This document shows, piece after piece, positions 18,920 to 30,043 of a stretch of 64,000 nt of DNA. The position numbers were made by a program, and so were the translations under genes. How positions within the stretch are numbered: the stretch's first letter is position 1; each line of letters begins with the position of its first letter. The notes beneath the pieces were generated by a model that ran no database searches, was not told the DNA's origin, and saw only the letters and a program-made list of their open reading frames with translations. The DNA comes from Acidimicrobiia bacterium. Its GTDB lineage: Bacteria; Actinomycetota; Acidimicrobiia; IMCC26256; JBMOIJ01. The stretch is from NCBI GenBank assembly GCA_049317385.1, contig JBMOIJ010000002.1, positions 76,581-140,580 on the forward strand, in the 5' to 3' direction.

Positions 18920-18948
18920 GTTCTAACAGCAACACCCCGTTCAAGCAA
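18920..18948 (-). promoter_or_regulatory. putative tracrRNA promoter (TTGCTT - 17 nt - TAGAAC)
   Basis: On the minus strand the -35-like TTGCTT lies at 18948-18943 and the -10-like TAGAAC at 18925-18920. This places a start about 7 nt downstream, where anti-repeat complementarity begins. Confidence 0.35.
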
Positions 18949-19019
18949 GGCTGCACCGGGCGCATGAGCCACAACGAATTGGCGCCCCAAAATCCATGTC
19001 GTCGGAAGGATGCACTGCA

Positions 19020-21992
19020 ATGAAGCGCGTACTCGGACTCGACCTCGGCACCAACTCCATTGGCTGGGCCATTGTCGACGTTCCCGATTCCGATGACGAG
19101 GACGGCGATGTCGTAGCGATGGGGTCACGCATCTTCCCCGCGGGCGCAGAGATCGCAGGATCCAAGACGGAAACACGAGCGAAGGCGCGTCGCATGAAGC
19201 GTGCAATGCGCCGACAAATTGCGCGCCGCTCTCGCCGACGTCAAACCCTTGCCCGCGAACTAGCGCAGGTCGGCCTTCTGCCTGCGAACGATTCGGAATT
19301 CCAAGAACTGATGTCCCAGCAACCCGGCGAGCTACTCGATCGCGCACTGGCCGGCGGTGCGCTCACTGCGCATCAGGTTGGAAGAGTGCTTTATTGGTTT
19401 GCTTCGCGACGAGGGTTTCTCTCGCTGCGCGCTGGCGGGTCGCAGATGGTCGATGGAGACAGCGGGTTCACGCCGGCTCGTTTTCGCCTCTCTCAGTTCG
19501 ATGGCGAGACAGGTGAGCGTGTTCACCAAGGCCAAGAGGACCTCGTCATTGAGTTCGTCCGGTCTCAGATGCCCCATCACCCGGACCTCATCACCGAACA
19601 ACTGCTCTTTGGCACTCAGGGCCGTCAGCAATACCCGGTTCGCCCAATCAAGCGAATTGAGACCGACCCCAAGGATGGCTCAATCCAACGGTTCGGAATA
19701 CATGGTCTGCTGTTCTTCCAACGCAAGGTCTATTGGGACCAAGGAACAGTCGGGCACTGTTCGCTCGATCTAGATTCCCGACAGCGGCGAGCAGCTCGCG
19801 CTGAGCGAATGGCTCAACGCTTCAACGTTTGGCAGACCGTCGTGAACGTGCGTGTGGGCGAGGACCAACGCAGTCTCGCTCTTGCCGAGCGCGCACGGCT
19901 CTTCGATGCGCTCTGGTCGAAGAAGACCATGACCTTCGGCGCAATGCGGAAGCTGCTGAGCCTCAGCCCCGAGACCGCGATCAATTTCGAGCAGGACGAA
20001 ATCAAAGGCTTGAAGGGGAACCAAACAGATCCAGAGCTCAAGAAGGCCCTGAAGACCGAGTGGGAACTCCTGACGGAGGACGAACGAGACCAACTTGTAT
20101 TCCTCCTACTCGGCACGAGCACGGAAGAAGCGACACGGACGCAGCTCTCGGCACGTTTCCACCTAAGCGACGAGGGGTGCGATGCGGCCCTCAAAGTCAA
20201 ACTGCCCACCGGCCGCATGAACTATGGGCGGCGAACAATCGCTCGTCTACTTGAGACCCTGCCAGAAGCGGCAGATCTCCGAGACGCGATCGTTGCTGCC
20301 GGCTTCAAGCCGCCCGAAGAAGCTGTGGCAGCCAAGTCCACGGATCTCCACAAAGTCACCAATCCCTTGGTTCGTTCAACGCTCACCCAGCTCACCAAGG
20401 TGATTGCTGCGTTGCAGCGGAGCTATGAGCGCGCCGATGGGACTGCATTCGACGCTGTGCGCATCGAATTGTCACGCGATGTTTCTGCCTCCGCAAAGCA
20501 GCGCGAAGCGATGGTCAAACAGCAGAATGAGAATCGCCACTCGCGAGAGGCAGCGGTGAAGCTCATCAGCGAGTTTGCGCCGGGCTCCGAGAACAGTCGC
20601 GACGCGCAGCGAAAGGCTCGTCTCTGGCGCGATCAAGGCGAGCAGTGCCTCTACTGTGGCCAGCCCATCTCAGCAGTTGAGCTGTTTACCAATTCAGTTC
20701 AACTCGACCACATCCTGCCGCTTTCCAAGACCAACAACGACAGCCTCGCCAACGTGGCCGTCGTTCACGCAGTGGAGAACCTGGAAAAGAGCAATCAAAC
20801 CCCGTTCGAATGGGCCGGGCCCGACCGTCATGCGGAGCTCGTCGAGCTAGCGAAGTCGATGCGCCTCTCGCGCGCGAAGATGAACAACCTCAAGACACAG
20901 CATGTTGCACCCGATGCGATCCCATCCTCGCTCTTGGTCCAAACGGGTTACATCAATGCCTTGGCACGGACCGCCGTGCGCGATCAGACCGGCATTGAGC
21001 CCGAAATCTCGCGCGGGCGGCTGACCGCCCAGCTGCTCTACCGCATCGGCCTCAAGAAAGATTCAAGCGACCACCGCCGACACGCTCAGGACGCTGCGAT
21101 CATCGCGATTACGGATACGCGCCTCGCACTGAAGCTCGCCAAGCGATACGCAGCGGAGCGCGACTACGGGAATCAGCGGAGCGATGACTGGGGAGCCTGG
21201 GAACCATGGACCGGCTTCCGGGCGGAGGTGCTCGCCAAGTACGAAACGATCTTCGTTTCGCATCGGCCGAGCCGAAAGGTTCGAGGGCAACTCCACGAAG
21301 AAACGTTCTATGGAAAGGTCACGTCGCCAGGAAGCGATTCACCAACTCTCTATGCGCGGCGGCGCCAGCTCACGGGCGGGCTCACCGGCACCCAGATGGG
21401 GCAGGTAGCCGACCCTGTCGTTCGAAAGGCACTGATCGACAACCTGGCGGAGCGGGGCCTCGCTACTGATGGCGGATTCAGCCTTGATCCGTCGAATCCA
21501 CCCCGCCTCCCTGATGGCACTGGAATCACAAAGGTTCGCTGCCACATGAACATGCCAGCGAACCGGATCATCCGCCCCACCGATCAACCGAGGACGGGCG
21601 TCTCCCTCGCAAACAACCACGTTGCGTACGTGTTCCGAAACGAGAAGACAGGAAAACAGCGCGTGCACGTGGTGGCCCGCCTCGACGCGATCGCGACCCG
21701 CGCGCTTCCTGCACGGAGCGCGGCAGAGAGTGCCCGCGGCGAGGACGAGGAGTTCTTGTACAGCGTGACTGCAGGAGACCTGTTGCTTCTCAAGAACTCC
21801 AGCCCTGCCGAGCAGCTCGTGAGGGTGGCTCGTCTCGACGAGGGCGGAAAGCGCGTTTATGCCTTTCCGGCGAACAAGGCGATCCAGTCGAAAGAGGAGC
21901 GCCTCCTCCTGACTGGGGACCAGCTCGCTGCGCTGGGCGCAGTCAAGGTAACAGTCCCTCCCGATGGCGAACCTCGCCGAGCGAGCGACTAG
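19020..21992 (+). CDS. cas9: Cas9, compact type II-C-like (about 990 aa)
   Basis: RuvC-I is LGLDLGTNSIGWAIV. The Arg-rich bridge helix is RAKARRMKRAMRRQIARRSRRR. RuvC-II is VRIELSRD. HNH is QLDHILPLS...ENLEKSNQTPFEW. RuvC-III is HRRHAQDAAIIAITD. The ATG at 19020 has GGAAGGA 9 nt upstream. An alternative ATG lies at 18996. Confidence 0.95.
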   Translation: MKRVLGLDLGTNSIGWAIVDVPDSDDEDGDVVAMGSRIFPAGAEIAGSKTETRAKARRMKRAMRRQIARRSRRRQTLARELAQVGLLPANDSEFQELMSQQPGELLDRALAGGALTAHQVGRVLYWFASRRGFLSLRAGGSQMVDGDSGFTPARFRLSQFDGETGERVHQGQEDLVIEFVRSQMPHHPDLITEQLLFGTQGRQQYPVRPIKRIETDPKDGSIQRFGIHGLLFFQRKVYWDQGTVGHCSLDLDSRQRRAARAERMAQRFNVWQTVVNVRVGEDQRSLALAERARLFDALWSKKTMTFGAMRKLLSLSPETAINFEQDEIKGLKGNQTDPELKKALKTEWELLTEDERDQLVFLLLGTSTEEATRTQLSARFHLSDEGCDAALKVKLPTGRMNYGRRTIARLLETLPEAADLRDAIVAAGFKPPEEAVAAKSTDLHKVTNPLVRSTLTQLTKVIAALQRSYERADGTAFDAVRIELSRDVSASAKQREAMVKQQNENRHSREAAVKLISEFAPGSENSRDAQRKARLWRDQGEQCLYCGQPISAVELFTNSVQLDHILPLSKTNNDSLANVAVVHAVENLEKSNQTPFEWAGPDRHAELVELAKSMRLSRAKMNNLKTQHVAPDAIPSSLLVQTGYINALARTAVRDQTGIEPEISRGRLTAQLLYRIGLKKDSSDHRRHAQDAAIIAITDTRLALKLAKRYAAERDYGNQRSDDWGAWEPWTGFRAEVLAKYETIFVSHRPSRKVRGQLHEETFYGKVTSPGSDSPTLYARRRQLTGGLTGTQMGQVADPVVRKALIDNLAERGLATDGGFSLDPSNPPRLPDGTGITKVRCHMNMPANRIIRPTDQPRTGVSLANNHVAYVFRNEKTGKQRVHVVARLDAIATRALPARSAAESARGEDEEFLYSVTAGDLLLLKNSSPAEQLVRVARLDEGGKRVYAFPANKAIQSKEERLLLTGDQLAALGAVKVTVPPDGEPRRASD

Positions 21993-21996
21993 AGCG

Positions 21997-22905
21997 ATGG
22001 GCCGAGCAGTGATCCTGAGCGACCGGATTTCCCGGATCGACGTCAGGGATCATCAGCTCCGCGCCTACCCCAGTGACGGAACGGAAGCGAAGTCCGCACC
22101 TTGCGAAGACATCGACCTGCTTGTTCTCGACACCCATCTGCTGATCGGACTCGATTCACACGTTCTTCAGGAACTTGCTGCTGCGCGCTCGGCGATGCTG
22201 GTCACCAATCGTTCGCACATGCCCTGTGGCATCTTCCTGCCGTTCAGCGCGAACCTGGACCATGGGGCAGTCACGACTGCACAGTTCCAGATGAGCGTGC
22301 CGCGCAAGAAGCGGGCATGGCAGCAAATCGTGCGCCGAAAGATCCGCAACCAATCCGCATTGCTCGAACCGGGTAGCGCCGCTTACCGCAGGCTCCGGCT
22401 TCTTTCGGCAGAGGTCCGCTCGGGTGATTCGAGCAATGCCGAAGCACAGGCGGCCCGCACCTATTGGAAAGCGATGCTCCCAAGCGGCGTGCGCCGCAGT
22501 GCACGTTCTCGCCTCGGCGTCAACGCCGCCCTGGATTATGGATACGCAGTGCTTCGGGCGGCACTCGCACGATCCTGCGTATCGGTAGGGCTGCATGTCG
22601 GCCTTCCGCTCTTCCATTCGAACCTGCGAAATCCATTCGCACTCGTCGACGACCTGGTTGAGCCGTGGCGCCCGTTCGTCGACTCACGTGCTCGTTCGCT
22701 CGGCATCGGAGAAGACGACCTACTCGCTCCACACGATAAGGCTGAACTTGTCGGCGTGCTCCACGAGAGAGTGCAGTGCGGAGGAGTCGAGGGCCCTTTG
22801 ACTGAAGCCATGCTGCGCGCTTCGGCGGCGATGAAGCGCTATGCGTTCGGCGAGGCCGACGAGCTGGACTTGCCCGAAAGCCCGCGCCCGCGTGCTCGCG
22901 AGTGA
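21997..22905 (+). CDS. cas1: Cas1 integrase
   Basis: It starts 5 nt after the cas9 stop and is about 302 aa. The Cas1-like C-terminal region contains NAALDYGYAVLRAALARS and LPLFHSNLRNPFALVDDLVEPWRP. Confidence 0.9.
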   Translation: MGRAVILSDRISRIDVRDHQLRAYPSDGTEAKSAPCEDIDLLVLDTHLLIGLDSHVLQELAAARSAMLVTNRSHMPCGIFLPFSANLDHGAVTTAQFQMSVPRKKRAWQQIVRRKIRNQSALLEPGSAAYRRLRLLSAEVRSGDSSNAEAQAARTYWKAMLPSGVRRSARSRLGVNAALDYGYAVLRAALARSCVSVGLHVGLPLFHSNLRNPFALVDDLVEPWRPFVDSRARSLGIGEDDLLAPHDKAELVGVLHERVQCGGVEGPLTEAMLRASAAMKRYAFGEADELDLPESPRPRARE

Positions 22906-23221
22906 GTTCCGCGCCGTGTGGATGCTCGTGATGTTCGACTTGCCAGTCGGTTCCAAACGAGCGAAGACGGACTATCGACGGTTCCGCGACTTCTTACAGG
23001 ACGACGGCTTCGCAATGCTCCAGTACTCGGTGTACGGCCGGCATTGCGCAACGAGAGAAAGTGCCGACGCCCATGCGGCTCGTGTGCGCTTCGCTTTGCC
23101 GCCAGCAGGCGAAGTACGGATCTTGCGGGTAACCGAGGCGCAGTACGCGCGGATGGAAGTCTTCCGAAATTTCGAGCGACGTCACCCGGAACCCGCACCA
23201 GCGGTGCTCGAATTGTGGTGA
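22892..23221 (+). CDS. cas2: Cas2
   Basis: The motifs MLVMFDLPV, YRRFRDFLQDDGFAMLQYSVY and others are typical of Cas2. The start is ambiguous (GTG 22892, GTG 22916 or ATG 22922). It overlaps the cas1 stop. Confidence 0.85.
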   Translation: MLASEFRAVWMLVMFDLPVGSKRAKTDYRRFRDFLQDDGFAMLQYSVYGRHCATRESADAHAARVRFALPPAGEVRILRVTEAQYARMEVFRNFERRHPEPAPAVLELW

Positions 23222-23266
23222 GCGGAACCCCCGCAGCCCCGTGCACTGGGCTTCTCGGCGCTAACG

Positions 23267-24288
23267 GAGGTTACTAAACCCGAATTGGTGTCCTGCCCCG
23301 ACTGAGAAGTCACCTTCGGAATCGTGAGATGTGAGGTTACTAAACCCGAATTGGTGTCCTGCCCCGACTGTCCTCGTACTTCCTGCTGCCATCCGTAGGA
23401 GGTTACTAAACCCGAATTGGTGTCCTGCCCCGACCGTTTTGTTTGCCACACCGCCCACGGGTGGAGGTTACTAAACCCGAATTGGTGTCCTGCCCCGACT
23501 GGGGGATCGTGGATCGCAACGTCGCCGAAGAGGTTACTAAACCCGAATTGGTGTCCTGCCCCGACACGTTTGTTCATCTAGTGCACCAGCGCCCGGAGGT
23601 TACTAAACCCGAATTGGTGTCCTGCCCCGACGGACTACCCAGGAACTGTTGCGGCACCGGTGAGGTTACTAAACCCGAATTGGTGTCCTGCCCCGACCAT
23701 TCAGCTACCGGTTCGCGCGCCTCGTCGAGGTTACTAAACCCGAATTGGTGTCCTGCCCCGACCCCATGCTGGTTGTTGCCGAGAGTAAGGGCGAGGTTAC
23801 TAAAGCCGAATTGGTGTCCTGCCCCGACGCCGGTTTGGGTGAAGGTGGCGCGCGTGCGAGGTTACTAAACCCGAATTGGTGTCCTGCCCCGACTTCCCAG
23901 ATGCGGCCGTATTCGATGAGTTCGAGGTTACTAAACCCGAATTGGTGTCCTGCCCCGACAGCGAGCCCGAAAGTGGCATCGCCAAGCACGGAGGTTACTA
24001 AACCCGAATTGGTGTCCTGCCCCGACAACGGTACCCGTCGGCGGTGTCGACCTTTGAGGTTACTAAACCCGAATTGGTGTCCTGCCCCGACTCCTGTACC
24101 GCGAAGGTGATGCGCTGGCCGAGGTTACTAAACCCGAATTGGTGTCCTGCCCCGACTAAATCTCGACCGTGCCACCATTGCAGACGGAGGTTACTAAACC
24201 CGAATTGGTGTCCTGCCCCGACCGCAGCTGCGGCGGCAGCGACGACCCGGCGGAGGTTACTAAACCCGAATTGGTGTCCTGCCCCGAC
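23267..24288. CRISPR. CRISPR array: 16 repeats of 36 nt (GAGGTTACTAAACCCGAATTGGTGTCCTGCCCCGAC as written on +) and 15 unique spacers of 29-31 nt
   Basis: Each unit was counted by hand. Repeats start at 23267, 23333, 23399, 23464, 23530, 23596, 23662, 23727, 23793, 23858, 23924, 23991, 24056, 24121, 24187 and 24253. Only repeat 9 differs (C to G at 23805). Transcription is inferred to be on the minus strand from tracrRNA pairing. Confidence 0.97.
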
Positions 24289-24312
24289 GTAATTCCCGGG
24301 CTAGCGACTGCT

Positions 24313-25848
24313 CTACCCACCCAGCGGGTCGAACGCCTGCACGCCATTTGTTGCGACGTGCGCAGTCCAAGATGCGCCATCCCAAAATCGGTATTCAAAT
24401 CGTTGGAGTGGGTCTCCGTACCAACCTGCTTCTGGCAGCAACTCGTGCACCACGGGCGCCACATCGCTGCGAGAGTCCACGATCTCGGGCACCGCAAGGC
24501 GCGTGCTTGCGCTTTGATCGGTTGAGCATTCAGCGCATCGAAGATCTTTGCGACGCCTCGCCCCTTCGGTAAGAACAACCGCCTTGCCGCACACCGAACA
24601 GAGTTGGACAGTGCGCGGCCGCATGATGGCAGCTTCGCCTGAAACCTCATCGCCCGTGCGAGCAGCAAGGAACGCTTCCGCACCAACAATCGGTATCCCA
24701 TACTTGCGGGCCTTGGTCGCCTTGACACTTGCGGTCTTTGTATCCCCCGCTACGAGAACATCCGTCGTCTTTGTCACGGAAGGCACGGCGACCATTCGCC
24801 ACTCCCACGCATGCTGCTCAAGGACTTCCCGATCAACAAATTCTCCGTTGATGCAAGCTTCGCCCGTGAAACAAACCCGCATCCCCGCTCGCAGTCGAAC
24901 TGCGACATTCGCCCGTCGCGATTGCTCGGTCTTGCGCACAACGAACTCTGAATCCACATCGAGAAGCTGAGCGAACGCAAGTAGCTGTTCGAAGTCCGAC
25001 CCAGCGAATGAGCCCTGTTCCAAGGCGCGGCTCACCAGCGCGCCTATGAATTGCTGATGAGCCGCATGCTGTTGCGTTCGACTAAGGCCCAGCGCACTCG
25101 CAAGGTCGTCGAGTTGCTCTCGTTCGTCGGGCGTAATACGCCAATCCTCGACGACCTCGGAAACGAGATCCAAATATGGCTGCTCATCGACATCGGCGGC
25201 AGAGATCGATACCAGAACCGGCGCATGAGATAGTCCAGCGCCTACGACAGAACGATCGCGTTCGGCTCGCGGGCATATCGCAGCGGAGCCTGGACCGACC
25301 GCGTCAGCCTGGACGGGAATAACTCCGCCCTCATGGTTAGGTCCGATCAGTTGAAATAGCTGGGCGGTCGCGCGCGCGTCATGGAGCGCTGAATGCCAAC
25401 CCCCAAGACTGATGCCGTAAGCAGAGCATGCAACCTGAAGGTTCTCCCCTGCAATGCGCAACGTGTCGATTCCGCGGCCAAGATCGACAACGGGGGTTAC
25501 AACTCGCTCGAACTCGCAACGCAACATCCGCTCGTCGAACCCGAAGAGGTTATGTGCGACGAGGCAAGCGCCGCGAAGACGCGCCGCGACCTGATCGGCG
25601 ATATCCGAGAACATCGGCGCATTCACCACATCGCTTGCGGTGATCCCGTGGACCTTGGTCGGCCCGACATCACGCCCCGGATTCACAAGTGTCGTCCACT
25701 CGTCGACGACACGCCCCACAAGATCGACGGTGACGATCGCGATTTCGACGACACGATCCTTTGATCGCAGCCCAGTCGTCTCGAGATCGATCACCGCAAA
25801 GCGATCACTGTCCCCAGCAACGTGCTCCAGCGTTCTTGCCGTGTTCAA
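24313..25848 (-). CDS. DEDDh (DnaQ-like) 3'-5' exonuclease fused to a BRCT domain, a Cys4 zinc ribbon and a C-terminal DUF2510-like domain
   Basis: Exo motifs are FAVIDLETTG, LVAHNLFGFDERML and HSALHDARAT. The BRCT-like segment is VCFTGE...DVLVAGD...KARKYGIPIV. The zinc ribbon is CSVCGK...CAEC. The DUF2510-like segment is GWYGDPLQRFEYRFWDGASWT. The start codon is TTG at 25848, with a possible alternative GTG downstream. Confidence 0.8.
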   Translation of the reverse strand: MNTARTLEHVAGDSDRFAVIDLETTGLRSKDRVVEIAIVTVDLVGRVVDEWTTLVNPGRDVGPTKVHGITASDVVNAPMFSDIADQVAARLRGACLVAHNLFGFDERMLRCEFERVVTPVVDLGRGIDTLRIAGENLQVACSAYGISLGGWHSALHDARATAQLFQLIGPNHEGGVIPVQADAVGPGSAAICPRAERDRSVVGAGLSHAPVLVSISAADVDEQPYLDLVSEVVEDWRITPDEREQLDDLASALGLSRTQQHAAHQQFIGALVSRALEQGSFAGSDFEQLLAFAQLLDVDSEFVVRKTEQSRRANVAVRLRAGMRVCFTGEACINGEFVDREVLEQHAWEWRMVAVPSVTKTTDVLVAGDTKTASVKATKARKYGIPIVGAEAFLAARTGDEVSGEAAIMRPRTVQLCSVCGKAVVLTEGARRRKDLRCAECSTDQSASTRLAVPEIVDSRSDVAPVVHELLPEAGWYGDPLQRFEYRFWDGASWTAHVATNGVQAFDPLGG

Positions 25849-26003
25849 CTGGTTGCCCTCGTTCGTGCGACATGCAATCCGGCACGCCCGGTCGTCCGCG
25901 GCGTGACGGAAAGCCTCGCACGTCTGGGAACGGCGTCATCGCGAAGCCACGGGCATCGTTGCAAGTCACCCTTGACGCGCCGAAACGACCACATAGAAGC
26001 GCG

Positions 26004-26705
26004 TCAGAGGTACTGGCCGAACCACTCCAATGCGTGTGACCACGCGTCACGCGCCGAAGCGTCCACGTACGAGTCGCGCGCGTCACAGTGGAACCCGTGC
26101 CCCGCGTTCTCGTAGCGGCGGATCTCCCACGGCACCGATGGCGCGTCGGCCGCGAGTCGCGCGCCCAACGCTTCCACGTCATCGACCGTGACCGACGGGT
26201 CCTGATCGCCGAACAACCCGAGCCACGGCCCCCGCAACGACCCGGCGCGCTCAATGAGCGTGGGCCCACCCAAGAAGCCGGGGCGCACGATGCCGCCGCC
26301 GTAGAACGTGACCGCCGCACCAAGGCCGAATTCGAGGTCGGCGAGGAACGCCACGCGCCCACCGAAACAGAACCCCACGATGCCGGTGTGCGCGGCGTCA
26401 ACGCCCTCACCCTCGAGGTACGCAAGCGTGGCGCGCAGGTCGTCGAGCACCGACTCGTCGGTGGTGCCCGCCGTCAGCTTCTGCACACACGCGGGGTCGG
26501 TGTAACTGCAGGTACCGACGCCGCTGCGGCGAAACAGGTCGGGCGCCACCGCGAGGTAGCCCTCGGCGGCGAGCCGGTCGGCCACGCTGCGCACGTAGTC
26601 GTTCACCCCGAACGCCTCGTGGATCACGATGACCGCCGTGGCTCCCCGGCGCGGGCCGGTGGCCGGTGCCACATACGTGCCGGAACGATCGTCGAACAGG
26701 TCCAT
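26004..26705 (-). CDS. dienelactone hydrolase family protein
   Basis: ATG at 26705 ([11 protein letters not shown]). Motifs are [22 protein letters not shown] and NAGHGF. The upstream 350 codons of track ORF 26004..27773 are antisense to acnA. Confidence 0.8.
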   Translation of the reverse strand: MDLFDDRSGTYVAPATGPRRGATAVIVIHEAFGVNDYVRSVADRLAAEGYLAVAPDLFRRSGVGTCSYTDPACVQKLTAGTTDESVLDDLRATLAYLEGEGVDAAHTGIVGFCFGGRVAFLADLEFGLGAAVTFYGGGIVRPGFLGGPTLIERAGSLRGPWLGLFGDQDPSVTVDDVEALGARLAADAPSVPWEIRRYENAGHGFHCDARDSYVDASARDAWSHALEWFGQYL

Positions 26706-26735
26706 TGGGTCCCCCGGTTGCGCCAGACTCACACC

Positions 26736-29372
<2,637 letters not shown>

Positions 29373-29390
29373 AGCGTTTTTGACTGTCAT

Positions 29391-29870
29391 ATGTCCAGCT
29401 CAGAAACGCCTCACGTGAGCGTGCTGATGGTGTGCATGGGGAACATCTGTCGGTCGCCCATGGCCGAAGCGGTGCTGCGCGCCCAACTCGACGACGCCGG
29501 TCTTTCACATGTGCACGTCGACAGCGCGGGCATCGGCGCATGGCACGTGGGCGAACGCGCCGACCGACGCGCCCGCGCTGAAACCGAACGCAACGGCATC
29601 ACCATCACGAGCCGAGCTCGCCAGATCAGCACGGCCGACTTCTTCGACTTCGAGCTGATCCTCACCGCCGACCACGAGGTGCACGCCGACACATTGCGTG
29701 TCGCGCCCGCCGGCCATGACGCCACCATCGCACTCCTGCGCAGTTTCGACGAGCACGCCGACGACCTGGAAGTCTCAGATCCGTACTACGGAGGACCGGA
29801 CGACTTCGCCGAGGTGTACGTGATGGTGTACGCGGCCTGCCGCGGCGTTGTCGCCCACCTGCAGCGCTGA
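29391..29870 (+). CDS. low-molecular-weight protein-tyrosine phosphatase
   Basis: The active site is VCMGNICRSPMAE. A DPYYG motif is present, and the protein is 159 aa. Confidence 0.85.
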   Translation: MSSSETPHVSVLMVCMGNICRSPMAEAVLRAQLDDAGLSHVHVDSAGIGAWHVGERADRRARAETERNGITITSRARQISTADFFDFELILTADHEVHADTLRVAPAGHDATIALLRSFDEHADDLEVSDPYYGGPDDFAEVYVMVYAACRGVVAHLQR

Positions 29871-29966
29871 GAGTGCGCCGCCACCCAGTGGGGGCGGGTC
29901 GGTCGCCTGGGGAAAGCGGGGGCACGCGCGCCCCGAGCCTCAGCCCGGGGCATCAGGACGACCGAC

Positions 29967-29991
29967 CCGAACCACTCGGTACAAGGTTCGG
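29967..29991. terminator. possible bidirectional hairpin between convergent genes
   Basis: CCGAACC (29967-29973) pairs with GGTTCGG (29985-29991), giving a 7-bp stem with an 11-nt loop. There is no U tract. Confidence 0.25.
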
Positions 29992-30043
29992 AGCCGGTAA
30001 CCCGCTCGGATGACGAAGAAGCTCCGGTGCGGCCCGGTGCGGC

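Noticed and set aside
18883-18990. An alternative model in which the tracrRNA is transcribed on the + strand (same direction as cas9), with its tail in 18919-18990.
   Set aside because: In that orientation the two anti-repeat differences become C:A mismatches instead of G:U pairs. The downstream sequence lacks a convincing hairpin, and it would run straight into the cas9 RBS and start.
23267-24288. Repeat-embedded promoters, as in Neisseria type II-C arrays. The minus-strand repeat ends ...GGGTTTAGTAACCTC, containing TAGTAA.
   Set aside because: TAGTAA lacks the conserved final T of a -10 hexamer. There is no TG extension or -35 element at the right spacing. I cannot support it from sequence alone, and read-through from the upstream exonuclease gene is an equally good explanation.
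23182-24292. Several 60-140-aa ORFs on both strands across the array (for example 23182..23577, 23443..23868, 23745..24110 and 24044..24292) with periodic peptides such as EVTKPELVSCPD or GAGHQFGFSNL.
   Set aside because: The periodic peptide motifs are simply the 36-nt CRISPR repeat translated in different frames. The repeat period is 65-67 nt, so the frame drifts. These are not genes.
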